Positions 19,097-30,409 of a stretch of 64,000 nt of DNA are shown in pieces (the stretch's first letter is position 1; each line of letters opens with the position of its first letter). The notes under the pieces were generated by a model. The model was not told the origin of the DNA, did not search any database, and saw only the letters and a list, made by a program, of their open reading frames with translations. The stretch lies in IMG/VR virus record IMGVR_UViG_3300026382_000001; one strand, written 5' to 3'. The position numbers and the translations under genes were made by a program. Source of the DNA: a virus (lineage: Duplodnaviria; Heunggongvirae; Uroviricota; Caudoviricetes).

Positions 19097-22012
19097 TTAT
19101 TCAGAAAAAGTATTTAAATTTTGAAAACAATCTAAATTTGGATCAGCTAAACCATGATCATTAAATTCATAATCTGTTATAAGTACTGGATCATTAATAC
19201 CAAACTCTTCTCTTAATTTATTATATTCTATTACCATACCTTCTAACTCTGCAGTAAGGTTATTCAATACGCTTACAAAAGCATTTAGGTTAGTTTCAGT
19301 TCTATCTATTAACGATCTATCTGGTATAGTTTGACTTTTTAATTGCAATAAAATATCATTAATAATTTGAACATCGTTATTTACTGCAATTAACATTTTT
19401 TGTTTTAATCTAATACGAATAGTTAAATAAGTATAATTATAAATTTTTCGTTCATAATCACTAATATATAATATTGTGTTAACACTTTGTTGATGTGATA
19501 TTCTATCAATAATTTGTTGATCCATATTAACTATATCATTCTCTAATTTAATAACTAAAGATAATTCGGAAGATATTCTATTGTTTAAATCTTCTATTTC
19601 TAAATCGATATCTACTATAGTTAAAATAATTTCACTAAATTCTCTAAGACTTTCTTGATAAGTACTAAATGTATTATATTTCGTATTTATATAATTTCTT
19701 CTTTCTGTATCATAAACGTCTAAAGTATTTTCTATAGTTACTTTAGCTGTCTCATCTTCGGAATTAGTACCAGATAAAGTTTTTAAATAATTATTTACAT
19801 CTGTTAATTCTTGTATTAAATATCTAGTTATATAATACGGGGAATGTGTGTCGGTTTCCATCTGACGTGAGTATTCATCAAATGGAATATTATCATTATC
19901 ATTATCTATAAAATAATGAATTTTTTCTAAATAATGAGCGATGCCATATGCTCCAGCAGATATTTCTGTAAATTTTGGATCACCAAATAAATAATTACTT
20001 AATTGATTTAAATAAAATACTACTGATGTACCATTATTATTATCTATATCCATTAAATTATCTATATCCGTTGTATTAAATGTGTTTAAAGCGTTTATAA
20101 TTGCTGGAATAGTACTTTGTATATTTGTAACAACATTGCTTAAATTTTTCAAAGTATTAATTAATATTCGATTATTATTTCTAAATTGTTCCATTGGGTT
20201 ATTAGTACTACTGATAACCTCATCAGTTGCATTATAAGTAGTAACTGGTCCAACCAAAGTACCACGCTGAGTTTCACCAACTGGATTTCTAGAAGTTAAT
20301 GAATATTTAGTAGTATTTATATTTATATTAACTATTGAAACATTAGAACCACTTGGGGCATCCATATCGGTTTTTACCTTAGGTGCTGAAACCTGTATTA
20401 TCGAAGTAGTAAGACGATTAATACTCGGCAATGCCAATGAACTAAAATCTCGAAAACCATTAAAAGAACTACTAAATGTTTGAATAGTATATTCTAATTC
20501 AAAAAATAAATTATCTTGATTTTTAGTACTAAAATTATCTTTTAAATCATTTAAATAGGTAATAAATTGATTTAAGTTAGCTAAGTACTGAGTTAAATAA
20601 GTTTCAAAATCTGGTAAATATTTAATTAGGTAATCAATCTTGGCAAATTTAAATTGATTTTCCGATTGGTATTTATTCATAATTGCATTTTGATCAATTA
20701 AAGTGTTTTCCAAAGTAGAAATACTTATAGGACCAGTTACATTATTAATTGTTACCACCGGAGTACTAGTTAAAGTAGTATTATTATAAATAGTTAAATT
20801 ATCTTGATATTCATTTTCTTTAATATTGCTATCAGTAACTAATTGATCTTTTTGATTAGCTAATTCTTCTTTAAGTATTTGCAATTCTCGAATAAATAAA
20901 TTTCTAAAATCTTTGGATTCTTTACTATTCCAATAAGCATAAATAATATTAAAACGATCCTGAAATTGTTGAGGAAGACCAATAAGTTCTAAAAAATTAG
21001 CAGTATTCATATCATCAGCATACTGAAAATTAACCATCATTTTTTTATTATCCAAAGCGTACCCAACCATTACATTACCTGGAGTAAATCTAGAACTTAT
21101 TTTTCCAGGTACTGGCTGTTGTCCATCTTCCCAAGCGTAATTAGTTTCAGAACAGTTATCTAAAAGATAATAACTTTTTCCTGGTTCCATATTTAATAAT
21201 ATTTTATTACTATCATCTATTTTTATATTAAGATTAAAATCAATAATACCATTCGTAACTATAGTATGTGCGCCAGATTTTGGATTATAAACATAAATTC
21301 CCATAGCTTTATCTATTTTTCTATTACATGCTCTTGCTGGTTTATATAATCCGTCTAAATCCAAGAAAATAACATCCCCAGATTTTGTACTATATTCCGG
21401 ATTAGTACTATTTTTATATAATTTATTTGCTGATATAGTAATACCTTGATAAGAGTTAATTTTAAATAAATCAACTGCTTTATCAGAAACTAACTGAAAT
21501 AATCTAGTGTAGTTATCAATAAACATATCATCAAGATTCTGTGGATATGTTATTAAATCGTAACCATCCATTTTAAATTGAATAATCTTAAGCATGGTTG
21601 CCGGATTATAAGAACTAACTGCCACATAATCAAAAATAGCAGGATTATACAAACATTGGTTGCTATACTGATAATAAATTACTAAATAATAATCGACATT
21701 ATTAACTAATTTTGAAATTGGAACGTTAAATATAATATCATCCGTAAATGCTATAAATTGATCATCTACGAAACAAGAACCTTTATTAATATAAAATTCT
21801 AAATTATTTTCATTATTTAAAATAGTTTTTCGTACTGTTGTTTCTAGTCCACTAATATATGAAGATATGGTTACTGTTGGATCGACTGGTTTAAAAGAGT
21901 TAAATACTTTTGAAGTAAGTCTTAAATAATCATTTGGAGCTCTATCACTTGCTTCTAAACCAAGTATCTCTGCATTTTTATAATCATCTAGACCATTGAT
22001 TGTAATACTCAT
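19097..22012 (-). CDS. Large putative virion structural protein (beta-rich N-terminus, long coiled coils)
   Basis: 971 aa; lies between portal and fibre genes; heptad-rich C-terminal half. Confidence 0.55.
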   Translation of the reverse strand: MSITINGLDDYKNAEILGLEASDRAPNDYLRLTSKVFNSFKPVDPTVTISSYISGLETTVRKTILNNENNLEFYINKGSCFVDDQFIAFTDDIIFNVPISKLVNNVDYYLVIYYQYSNQCLYNPAIFDYVAVSSYNPATMLKIIQFKMDGYDLITYPQNLDDMFIDNYTRLFQLVSDKAVDLFKINSYQGITISANKLYKNSTNPEYSTKSGDVIFLDLDGLYKPARACNRKIDKAMGIYVYNPKSGAHTIVTNGIIDFNLNIKIDDSNKILLNMEPGKSYYLLDNCSETNYAWEDGQQPVPGKISSRFTPGNVMVGYALDNKKMMVNFQYADDMNTANFLELIGLPQQFQDRFNIIYAYWNSKESKDFRNLFIRELQILKEELANQKDQLVTDSNIKENEYQDNLTIYNNTTLTSTPVVTINNVTGPISISTLENTLIDQNAIMNKYQSENQFKFAKIDYLIKYLPDFETYLTQYLANLNQFITYLNDLKDNFSTKNQDNLFFELEYTIQTFSSSFNGFRDFSSLALPSINRLTTSIIQVSAPKVKTDMDAPSGSNVSIVNININTTKYSLTSRNPVGETQRGTLVGPVTTYNATDEVISSTNNPMEQFRNNNRILINTLKNLSNVVTNIQSTIPAIINALNTFNTTDIDNLMDIDNNNGTSVVFYLNQLSNYLFGDPKFTEISAGAYGIAHYLEKIHYFIDNDNDNIPFDEYSRQMETDTHSPYYITRYLIQELTDVNNYLKTLSGTNSEDETAKVTIENTLDVYDTERRNYINTKYNTFSTYQESLREFSEIILTIVDIDLEIEDLNNRISSELSLVIKLENDIVNMDQQIIDRISHQQSVNTILYISDYERKIYNYTYLTIRIRLKQKMLIAVNNDVQIINDILLQLKSQTIPDRSLIDRTETNLNAFVSVLNNLTAELEGMVIEYNKLREEFGINDPVLITDYEFNDHGLADPNLDCFQNLNTFSE

Positions 22013-22014
22013 AA

Positions 22015-22677
22015 TTATCCTTTATTTTGTTTTTCTTGTTGCATTTTGGCTTGATAATCCGTAAATAATGAAATTAATTTCATTTCAAGATTAGCAAATA
22101 ATTGATAAACTAAATTAATTTCTAGATTAAAAATTAAAGTATTTACCACTTTAATATACTCATGTACTTGGGCAACATCTTTATAAAATTCCTCGTCTAT
22201 ATTTGGGAAGTTATCTGTAAACATTTCTAATTTACTTTCAAGATCATTTAATTTGTCGTAAATATTAAAACGAATTACCATTTCTTGAATATTATTTATT
22301 TGATAAGCTCTTTCTTCTTCTGGAGAAGGTTCCTGAGATCCTTGTAACATCTGTCCAAGTAATTCTACATCTGATTGATTAATTTTTCCAGAATCTAATA
22401 ACTTCTTTATATCAGCTTCCATATCTTCAGATTGTTGTAAATTTTGGGCCAATTGTTGAAGTTCCTCTTCTGGTAATAAAGGTTCTTCTTGACCTTCTTC
22501 TTCTCCCCCATTCGAATCTGAATCCTCATTATCTTCGGTTTGTGTATCATCAGGTGGAGTATCATCGTCCGAATTTACTTCTTGAGTTTTGGCCTCTTCA
22601 ATTAAAAAATCCCAAGGAGATTTCCCATATTGATATCCATTTTCTTCTAAAATTTTTAAACTTATTTTCTTTTTCAT
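22015..22677 (-). CDS. Acidic hypothetical protein, possibly head-associated
   Basis: D/E/Q-rich low complexity; downstream of portal; N-terminal KILEE. Confidence 0.55.
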   Translation of the reverse strand: MKKKISLKILEENGYQYGKSPWDFLIEEAKTQEVNSDDDTPPDDTQTEDNEDSDSNGGEEEGQEEPLLPEEELQQLAQNLQQSEDMEADIKKLLDSGKINQSDVELLGQMLQGSQEPSPEEERAYQINNIQEMVIRFNIYDKLNDLESKLEMFTDNFPNIDEEFYKDVAQVHEYIKVVNTLIFNLEINLVYQLFANLEMKLISLFTDYQAKMQQEKQNKG

Positions 22678-22734
22678 AAGATTCCTTTGATATACTTTGG
22701 TAAGGTTATTTAATATTTAGTTCGAAAGATAAAA

Positions 22735-22765
22735 GACAGGAAAATCTTAGGCAAAAGCCTAAGAT
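22735..22765 (-). terminator. Hairpin followed by TTTTCCTGTC
   Basis: ATCTTAGGC-AAAA-GCCTAAGAT at 22744-22765, just past the portal stop; member of a six-copy family. Confidence 0.7.
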
Positions 22766-22769
22766 AATA

Positions 22770-25016
22770 TTATTGAACTTGCTCTGGAGGCTGAGCTAAG
22801 TTTTGCATAATCTGTTCTTTAATCTGTTCTTTAATCTCTGTTTCTCCACCACGTTTTAATTTATCCCACGGTAGGTTAGGAGCATAAAGTTTAAATAATT
22901 CTTCTGGATCTACCTTCATTCCTGCTTGAGAAAGAGTTCCAACTAGATTACCAATACTACTAATAACTGCTTCGCTATTTTGCAATTGTAAAATAACCGG
23001 AGCATTTAAAGTAAATTTCATGTATTGTGTAATATTAAAAGATTTATAATCTTTATTATTAGCTTTAAGTACTTTTTGAAAGACTGTATTAATTAAATCG
23101 TTTAATGCATCTTCAATATAACCTTGATAAGTAGTAATACTATTGGCGAAAGTAATATTAAGATTTACTAAAGTTTCTCTTTGTTCTATATTTTCTCCAA
23201 TATTTAAAAATACTGATGGAATACCTGTAGCTGCAATAAGTTCATTTCTAAGATCACCTAAATCATTAATAGGCAATGCTCTATCATGCATAGGCATAAC
23301 TTCCATATCAATAAATTTTTGACCATTCTTAGATACTGTAGCAATATCACGGAAGTCAGTCATAATTTGAGAAATATTTTTCATTGAACCTAAATCATCG
23401 TATGAAATATTTTTAGTTTTAAGTTCTTTTTGAACATTTTGAACTATTTGTGAATGGTTTCTTCGTTTACCAACTTCAATATTCCATTTACGAACAACAG
23501 AAGCTCTACTTAATCTAGATATAACCGAACTTAAAAGAGCGATCGTATATAGTTTAACTGGAAGAACTATTGGATCAAATACGCTAGTTGCATAAGGAGC
23601 AAACTTATCAATATTTGTATGAAAGTTAATTAAATTATTTGCTTCTACCAATCTAAATTTTAGTTTAGATCTTTTCTTAATTTTTTCATAAAGAATAACT
23701 TTAAGACTAAATGATAATTCTTCTGGTAAATCCTCTATAAAGTTATTAGAAATTGCTAAATGTTCTTTTAATTTAAAAATAATTTCTTTACTAAATTTAT
23801 CTATTACTTCATCTGTAGTTTTCTTATTAGTAAGAGATTCTTTATTACTAGTGTTATCGTCATCATTAGCAAATCTTTTATAAAGGTTTACTTCGTCTGC
23901 TTCGGCACCTTTATTTAACTCTTCAATTACTAAATAACCAAAGTTAATCCCATCTTGTTCTAATTTAATAACAGATGTAGGTTGAATAAATTTTAAATAA
24001 ATATTTTTAATAATATCGAAATCTAAATCTTTTATATTATTAATATCGAATAAATCTGATTGAAAACCACTTTGTTCTAATTCTCCAATTTGATCCATAT
24101 AAACATCATTAAATAAATTAATATCATTCTCTTGGATACTTTCTTTAGATTTTAAAATATTTATAAATTGTTCGGAAGGAGCTTCTGTATAATTTTCCTG
24201 AATTTCTTCTTTTTGAATTATCGGAAGTTCTAGATATCCCAAATTACAATTAGCAGTAACATTTTTATCTTCCCCATAAAAAGTAATATTTTCAGTAATC
24301 AATTCTGATCTAGTTTCGGCGATTTTAGAAATACCTGAAAGATCAATTACCTCCATATAAAAGTCGCCGTATTTGAGAGTATTATGGATAATACTATTTT
24401 TTAATTTATTTTGAATATCAAAATAAACTAAAAATGTTTTCATAAAATTTGAAATATTCTTTTTAACATTTTCATCTAATTTAATCATCAATTCATTATG
24501 ATCATTTTCAATAATATTTATAAATTGTTTATTTTGAATATTTTTAATAAGAATATTATCAATGTAAACTCTAAGCATTCTATAAGCGATTGGATTGATT
24601 TCTGATATTTCATTGTAAAGATCGTAAATTTGTTTTCTATTATTACTAATATTACCATTGTTAAATATTTTTAAAATATCATCTGAGTTAGTATTTAGTA
24701 AATCATCTAAATCTTTATTTTCTTCATCTTTCTCAGCTTTATCCGATTTAATACTACTCATTCCTGTAAGAACTGGATTAATATTATTTATTTCTATTCG
24801 CTGAACATTAGAACTAAATAGTTGCATATCAGAACTACCATTAACAACTTCAGAATATATTTTATCAAATTCGTTTGTTATTTGATCTAAATTATCTAAA
24901 TCATCCAGAACGTTTATTGCATTCTGTTCTGGAGTTTGTTGAGACTGTTCCTGATTCATTTGGTTAGGATCTTGACTTGGATCAGGTATTCCCCAATCAT
25001 TGTATTCATTTGCCAT
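22770..25016 (-). CDS. Portal protein (T4 gp20-like)
   Basis: LKYGDFY, PYATSVFDP...ISRLSRASVVRKWNIEVG, DLGDLRNELIAATGIPSVFL follow the gp20-type pattern. Confidence 0.8.
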   Translation of the reverse strand: MANEYNDWGIPDPSQDPNQMNQEQSQQTPEQNAINVLDDLDNLDQITNEFDKIYSEVVNGSSDMQLFSSNVQRIEINNINPVLTGMSSIKSDKAEKDEENKDLDDLLNTNSDDILKIFNNGNISNNRKQIYDLYNEISEINPIAYRMLRVYIDNILIKNIQNKQFINIIENDHNELMIKLDENVKKNISNFMKTFLVYFDIQNKLKNSIIHNTLKYGDFYMEVIDLSGISKIAETRSELITENITFYGEDKNVTANCNLGYLELPIIQKEEIQENYTEAPSEQFINILKSKESIQENDINLFNDVYMDQIGELEQSGFQSDLFDINNIKDLDFDIIKNIYLKFIQPTSVIKLEQDGINFGYLVIEELNKGAEADEVNLYKRFANDDDNTSNKESLTNKKTTDEVIDKFSKEIIFKLKEHLAISNNFIEDLPEELSFSLKVILYEKIKKRSKLKFRLVEANNLINFHTNIDKFAPYATSVFDPIVLPVKLYTIALLSSVISRLSRASVVRKWNIEVGKRRNHSQIVQNVQKELKTKNISYDDLGSMKNISQIMTDFRDIATVSKNGQKFIDMEVMPMHDRALPINDLGDLRNELIAATGIPSVFLNIGENIEQRETLVNLNITFANSITTYQGYIEDALNDLINTVFQKVLKANNKDYKSFNITQYMKFTLNAPVILQLQNSEAVISSIGNLVGTLSQAGMKVDPEELFKLYAPNLPWDKLKRGGETEIKEQIKEQIMQNLAQPPEQVQ

Positions 25017-25025
25017 TTAATCTCC

Positions 25026-25532
25026 TTAGTTTTTATTCGTTTCTATTTCGGACATGAAAAACATATTATCTTTTATATCTTCTTCTTTGTTTAGAAACTT
25101 AGCATCTGTTTTATTAAAATAAGTAGCGAATTGTTGATGAATATATATTTCTATCCCACTAGCACTAAATAATTTAACTATTTCTTTTTTCATTTCTGGA
25201 GAAAGACTCATAAAAATATCATTAAAGAAAAATTCTTTTATTTCTAGAAATCGTTCCTTCGTGAACTTTTCTTTTTTTGAGTACTCGTTTCCAATATATA
25301 CTGGAAGTATATCTTTATATAAATAATATTCGTATTTCTTTTTAATTAAATCATTTAAAAAATCCATAGCATATTTTCCATTTACAGGAGAAATACTTAA
25401 CAAATTTTCTGGTTTTTTCATTTCTTTTGTTTTATTTTTTTTTCGTGTATCAATTATAAATAATAACATACCTATTAAAAATGCCAATGCTCCACTAATT
25501 AATGGATATACCCACAGATAGTCTTGATTCAT
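25026..25532 (-). CDS. Hypothetical protein with N-terminal transmembrane helix
   Basis: LWVYPLISGALAFLIGMLLFII followed by a Lys-rich stretch. Confidence 0.7.
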   Translation of the reverse strand: MNQDYLWVYPLISGALAFLIGMLLFIIDTRKKNKTKEMKKPENLLSISPVNGKYAMDFLNDLIKKKYEYYLYKDILPVYIGNEYSKKEKFTKERFLEIKEFFFNDIFMSLSPEMKKEIVKLFSASGIEIYIHQQFATYFNKTDAKFLNKEEDIKDNMFFMSEIETNKN

Positions 25533-25557
25533 ATATTTTCCTTTTAATTAATTATAT

Positions 25558-26943
25558 CTATACCTTAAATGTATAGCTATTTGCAAAACCTTTTATATAT
25601 CCATTTTTAGTATCTGGATATTCAGAAAGTTTCATAAAATCTCCTTGAGTTGCATCCTTTGATGGTCCACCATAAGCAATACCCATTAAACCATCTATTT
25701 CATCGCCTGGAGATTGAACCCCTAAACCATCATTACCATAAATAGATCTTGGTGCGTGTGGTGTGTACCCAGTTAATTCAGTAGCTTTAGCAGCTATTTG
25801 ATCAAATACTTTTCTTAATGCCTCATATGCGGTTTTAAGAATTTTTGTTATATTAGTACCAACGATAGCTTTTACCATACCTGCTTCTTCTTTACCGGTG
25901 GTTAATAATTTACCTACATTTTTCGTTATTGAAGTAGTTGAACCACCGGTATATTGTACTGCAAAATCTTGCATTAATGGTACGATAGTTAATCTTACAT
26001 CTACTAAAAGCGGTTGTTTAGAACTATTGAAAACTGTTTCATATGACCCTCTAGAAATTGTCATTGCTGCAACTGCACCAATTTTAAAATGAGTAATACC
26101 ATATGCTCTAACATCCCATATTAAAGGCATGGCGTATGTAACCCCATTTACCGTAATTGGTGAACCAGCTGCCATCATTGTTAAGATAGGTAATGTAATA
26201 TTTTTATAAATACTTAATGGATCTCCACTTGGACTGGCCAATTTAATAAATAAATTTAAAGTACTATTATAAGAAGAACTTTGCCAAGTATTTGGAGTAG
26301 CAAATTGAACACCAAGAGCTTTACCACTTAATAAGGAAATTAACCCACTTTGCGTACTTGCTGCTGTAAGAGCATCTAAAGCATTTTCATATCCCATATT
26401 TTGAAACTTACCTAGCATTGATTCTCCACCCAAAGCTTCGTTAACACTAGGCATAAATTTATTCATTGCTTTCATACCCATACTTGGCATGCTGCTTCCA
26501 GAATCATTATTTTGAAAGTTATTAGAAATTGTTTCTGTAAAGGTACTATCGTTTGTTCCCATAATACGAATACTGCTGGTTTTTACCCAGGTTTTATTTA
26601 TAGCTGTAGCTTTTTCTTTAAATAAATTTTTAGTTGAGGCACTACATCCTGGTAAACCATCTAAACCTTTTTCAAACTGTGTTAAAGAATGCTTAGCTAA
26701 ATTTTTTATTACATCTTTAAATATATTAAGAGATTTGCTAGCATTATTACCAGAACTATAATTATAAAAATTTGATATATCTCCTTTAACACCCAACATA
26801 CCCATATTTACTGAATAAGACGCAGGGATTAAATCAATGTATGTAACATCTCTTAATAATATTTTACCAAAAGTATTTTCTTCATCCAGTACATGTCCAT
26901 ATCCAGGTATTTTCCCAACTATTGTTACGTTCGTTGTTGCCAT
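25558..26943 (-). CDS. Putative baseplate/tail-tube-associated protein
   Basis: TPNTWQSSSY...VAAMTISRG...QPLLVDVRLTI resembles tube-fold baseplate proteins; adjacent to tape-measure-like gene. Confidence 0.45.
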   Translation of the reverse strand: MATTNVTIVGKIPGYGHVLDEENTFGKILLRDVTYIDLIPASYSVNMGMLGVKGDISNFYNYSSGNNASKSLNIFKDVIKNLAKHSLTQFEKGLDGLPGCSASTKNLFKEKATAINKTWVKTSSIRIMGTNDSTFTETISNNFQNNDSGSSMPSMGMKAMNKFMPSVNEALGGESMLGKFQNMGYENALDALTAASTQSGLISLLSGKALGVQFATPNTWQSSSYNSTLNLFIKLASPSGDPLSIYKNITLPILTMMAAGSPITVNGVTYAMPLIWDVRAYGITHFKIGAVAAMTISRGSYETVFNSSKQPLLVDVRLTIVPLMQDFAVQYTGGSTTSITKNVGKLLTTGKEEAGMVKAIVGTNITKILKTAYEALRKVFDQIAAKATELTGYTPHAPRSIYGNDGLGVQSPGDEIDGLMGIAYGGPSKDATQGDFMKLSEYPDTKNGYIKGFANSYTFKV

Positions 26944-26952
26944 TTATTTTCC

Positions 26953-29900
26953 TTATCTTATTAATATATCTTCTTTTGGTCTAATTGCTGCAATTTGATA
27001 TTTAGAAGCACTTATTTGCTCACTGATTAAGTTTCTAAGATGTATATTTTGTATAGCGTTATCTGAACTCATCTGTATTCTTTCTTTTTTACTTAGTTCG
27101 GTATGGGCTTCGATATATTTTAATATTATACTACTATTAGCTCCTAAAGAGTGTTCCAATATTTTATTTAATTCTTTTTGTAAATTATCAAATTCTTTTT
27201 CTCTACCTTTTCTATCTGCTTTATCTATGTAATCGCTTTTATCTTTATTTAATTTATCTAATAAACTTTCCGCTCGTTTTCGCAGTTTATCATCTTTTAT
27301 ATATTGTAATTCTTTTTTTAGATCGGTTACTTTTAATAATTCTACATGTCTTAATTTATTAGCATACTTTAGGTCTTGTTTTAGTTGTTCGTTTCTTATT
27401 CTGGCTTCCCGAGATACTCCCATACCACCTACAGCATTTGATTGACCATTAGTATTTTTAACCGAATAATTATTTTTACTACCAATATGTAAAAATTTTG
27501 CTAGTTTTGGATATTCAGCCGCAAAATCATCGGCTATTTTATCATAATTTAATGTTAATAACCCAGCTCCGGCCATTATTAAACCACCGACTATTCTTGC
27601 TCCAGGTATTGGTAAAAACATAACAGCCCTACCAAACATTCCAACTAAAGCAGCGTTTGAATAATCGTCAATATCGGTGCTAAAACTTACTTTATCTGTG
27701 ATTGCTTTTGTCCATCCAGTTAAGGTATTGATACCTTTTTTAACAGTTTCATCATCTTTATAATTATATGCTAAATAACCAAGTGCAGCCGCTGCTCCAA
27801 GAGCAGTACCCATTTTTTTATGAGATACTACGAAGGAAAATAAACTTTTAACTGCCATTTTGGTTAAATTACCTGCTAATTTTCCAGCCCCAAATAAGGA
27901 ACCAAACATTAATCCATATTTAGATACTAAACCTTTATACTGTGACCAACCACTTTTAACCATTCCCATTTTATTTTGATTATTATTAATATCGTTCTCA
28001 TTAATATCATCTTTTTTATTTTTATTATTTTCAGCAATGGCTTCAAAAGCTTCTAGCATTTTAGATTTATACTTTTCATCTTTTTCTTTTTCTTGGCTAG
28101 CTCCAATTGAATTACTAGAAACATCACTAAATTTTAACGAACTTTGTTCATAACTATTTACTAATTTTTTCTTTAATCCTAAGATTTCTTCATCTCTTCT
28201 AACTAAATATTCTTTTTCATTTTTAGGATCATTTTCAATAGCTAATTTATACTGTTCATATATACTAGAACTATCTTCGTTAAATTTATCTTTAAATGAA
28301 TTTTGTACACCAACTTCGTCGGTTACTTGTCCATTTATAGCATCGTATACTCCAAAAGATTTTTTCTTTATTTTAGATAAATCACAATTCCAACATTCAA
28401 GCATTTGTCTAAGTAATTGATTACGTTCTTCATCTAAAGAAATATTTTCTAAGAAAAGACTAGGAAATTGTAAAGATAAAAAATCATCATTATTTATTTC
28501 GTTACTTTCTGATAATGCCAAACTTTCCACTATTTGTGGACCTTTTACATTATCCAAATCTTCTTTTCTTTTTTTCCTACCTTTTCCTGCCATAATTTCA
28601 GCTGCTATAACATTTAAGATTGGTACATTACCTAATCCCATTACGGCAGAATCTTTTAATTTATCAAACCAACTATCATGATTTAAGGAGTCGTAGTTTT
28701 TTTGAGTTTGATTGAAAAAACTAGAACCAGTTTCGGATTTACTTTTTTCTTCTAATCGTAATCTTAATAAGTTTTGTAATAAGCTTGCGCTAAAAGATTG
28801 AACTGCTAATTGTTTGCCTTCTATAGTATCGGACATTTTCATAACTTGGGAAATATCCATTTCGGCTACTTGTACCATAGACGATGGTACATTTATATTA
28901 GAAGCCGTTTGAGCAATCGCATCGTCTTTCTTAGATTCTTCATCTAATCCATACAAAGCTTTAATATTTTTAGTACTTGAATTCCCTAATAACCCTCCGG
29001 TTAATATTTTTAACGGGTTCCAAGCTTCGAAAAAAGCATTTGTATCAGTACTAGCATTTTGTAAAAATTCGGTAGTATCATGATATATATCTGAAAGTCT
29101 GTCCCCAGTTCTTTCAGCGTACCCCTTTTTTTCTTTTTTAATATAACTATTTTTAGTACTAAAACCATTTTCATCATAAGCAAATTCATTAAATAAATCG
29201 CCTATTTCATTATGTGTTCCAAATATATCTTCTTTTTTATTAAGTTTTGAATGTTCCTCATCATTTAAAATGTCGTAAATAGCATTTAAAAATAATAAAT
29301 GTTTATCCATACTTTGGTAATAACCAAGAGCCAATGATTCAAATGGGCTTAATTGTCCAGTTACGGTTAGTAAATTTACTTGAGCAGCTACTGATTTCAT
29401 AGTATCGTATTTCGTAACGTCTCTATCAGTACTCGCTGGTCTTCCTAAATCTCCTATTTTATAATTATATTTTTTAGTATCTTTTGCTTGAGCAGAGGAT
29501 TTAATACTTTTCATAAGTTTATTTCCACCCGCAGACGCTAACATATATGTTAACATTCCCGTTAGCGATCCACCCATACCAGTCATATCATGAATACCAC
29601 CACCCATGTCAGTAAGGCCTTTTCCAAGTCCTTCAAAACCAAAATGAGATGCCATTCCACCAAGACCCTGAACAGAACTTCCTAAAAGAGCTGCTTGATG
29701 AGTTTTTTCATTCCCAAATATATTTCCAAAATAATTAGCACCTGCCATTTGAGAAGCTGCTAAATAGGCCATTGCACCAGGATTGCTTAATGCGCTGGAG
29801 GCTTTACCAGCTAACATCATAGTAGCTGGATCCATCATATTACCAGTAAGTGCTCCATAACCATATCCACCTGCCATACCACCCATAAAAGCACCTTTTG

Positions 29901-30288
29901 AACTTTTACCAGCGTTAAGCATTGAATCCAAAGCTTGTACTCCGGAAACTTTTCCACCTCTTTTTAAATCGATATTTCGAGAATTAGTATCCTTAATATC
30001 TTTCGTAGCTTGTTTTTGCATACCTCTATACATAATTGGAGCCATAGCCGCACCAATCGCAGAACCACCCATAGTAGCATAATCTGACCATTCCGCATTA
30101 CCAGTTACACCAGCTGCCAGATTTCCTACTGCTCCACCAGCCATAGGGGCCATCATACCACCGATAGTTCCTATTGGTCCAGTCTTTTGAGCAAGTTTAT
30201 CATATTTTTTACCTAAGTAACTTTTTGCGTGGTCCTCTTCTAAACGTTCGACGAGAGATTTATTATATTCTTGACTATTTGCACCCAT
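26953..30288 (-). CDS. Putative tape measure-like protein
   Basis: 1111 aa; G/A/M-rich amphipathic segments, hydrophobic stretches, Lys-rich helices. Confidence 0.5.
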   Translation of the reverse strand: MGANSQEYNKSLVERLEEDHAKSYLGKKYDKLAQKTGPIGTIGGMMAPMAGGAVGNLAAGVTGNAEWSDYATMGGSAIGAAMAPIMYRGMQKQATKDIKDTNSRNIDLKRGGKVSGVQALDSMLNAGKSSKGAFMGGMAGGYGYGALTGNMMDPATMMLAGKASSALSNPGAMAYLAASQMAGANYFGNIFGNEKTHQAALLGSSVQGLGGMASHFGFEGLGKGLTDMGGGIHDMTGMGGSLTGMLTYMLASAGGNKLMKSIKSSAQAKDTKKYNYKIGDLGRPASTDRDVTKYDTMKSVAAQVNLLTVTGQLSPFESLALGYYQSMDKHLLFLNAIYDILNDEEHSKLNKKEDIFGTHNEIGDLFNEFAYDENGFSTKNSYIKKEKKGYAERTGDRLSDIYHDTTEFLQNASTDTNAFFEAWNPLKILTGGLLGNSSTKNIKALYGLDEESKKDDAIAQTASNINVPSSMVQVAEMDISQVMKMSDTIEGKQLAVQSFSASLLQNLLRLRLEEKSKSETGSSFFNQTQKNYDSLNHDSWFDKLKDSAVMGLGNVPILNVIAAEIMAGKGRKKRKEDLDNVKGPQIVESLALSESNEINNDDFLSLQFPSLFLENISLDEERNQLLRQMLECWNCDLSKIKKKSFGVYDAINGQVTDEVGVQNSFKDKFNEDSSSIYEQYKLAIENDPKNEKEYLVRRDEEILGLKKKLVNSYEQSSLKFSDVSSNSIGASQEKEKDEKYKSKMLEAFEAIAENNKNKKDDINENDINNNQNKMGMVKSGWSQYKGLVSKYGLMFGSLFGAGKLAGNLTKMAVKSLFSFVVSHKKMGTALGAAAALGYLAYNYKDDETVKKGINTLTGWTKAITDKVSFSTDIDDYSNAALVGMFGRAVMFLPIPGARIVGGLIMAGAGLLTLNYDKIADDFAAEYPKLAKFLHIGSKNNYSVKNTNGQSNAVGGMGVSREARIRNEQLKQDLKYANKLRHVELLKVTDLKKELQYIKDDKLRKRAESLLDKLNKDKSDYIDKADRKGREKEFDNLQKELNKILEHSLGANSSIILKYIEAHTELSKKERIQMSSDNAIQNIHLRNLISEQISASKYQIAAIRPKEDILIR

Positions 30289-30363
30289 AGAAGATTTCCT
30301 TTGTTTTTATTATATTATCTTTTGTTAAGTTATCTATAATTAGTCCTCTATATTTCTTCGGAA

Positions 30364-30403
30364 TTTAACGACAGGAAAATTCTAGAAGCATTGCTTCTAG
30401 AAT
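30364..30403 (-). terminator. Hairpin followed by TTTTCCTGTCGTTAAA
   Basis: Inverted repeat ATTCTAGAAGCA/TGCTTCTAGAAT at 30379-30403, just past the stop at 30410. Confidence 0.7.
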
Positions 30404-30409
30404 AATTAA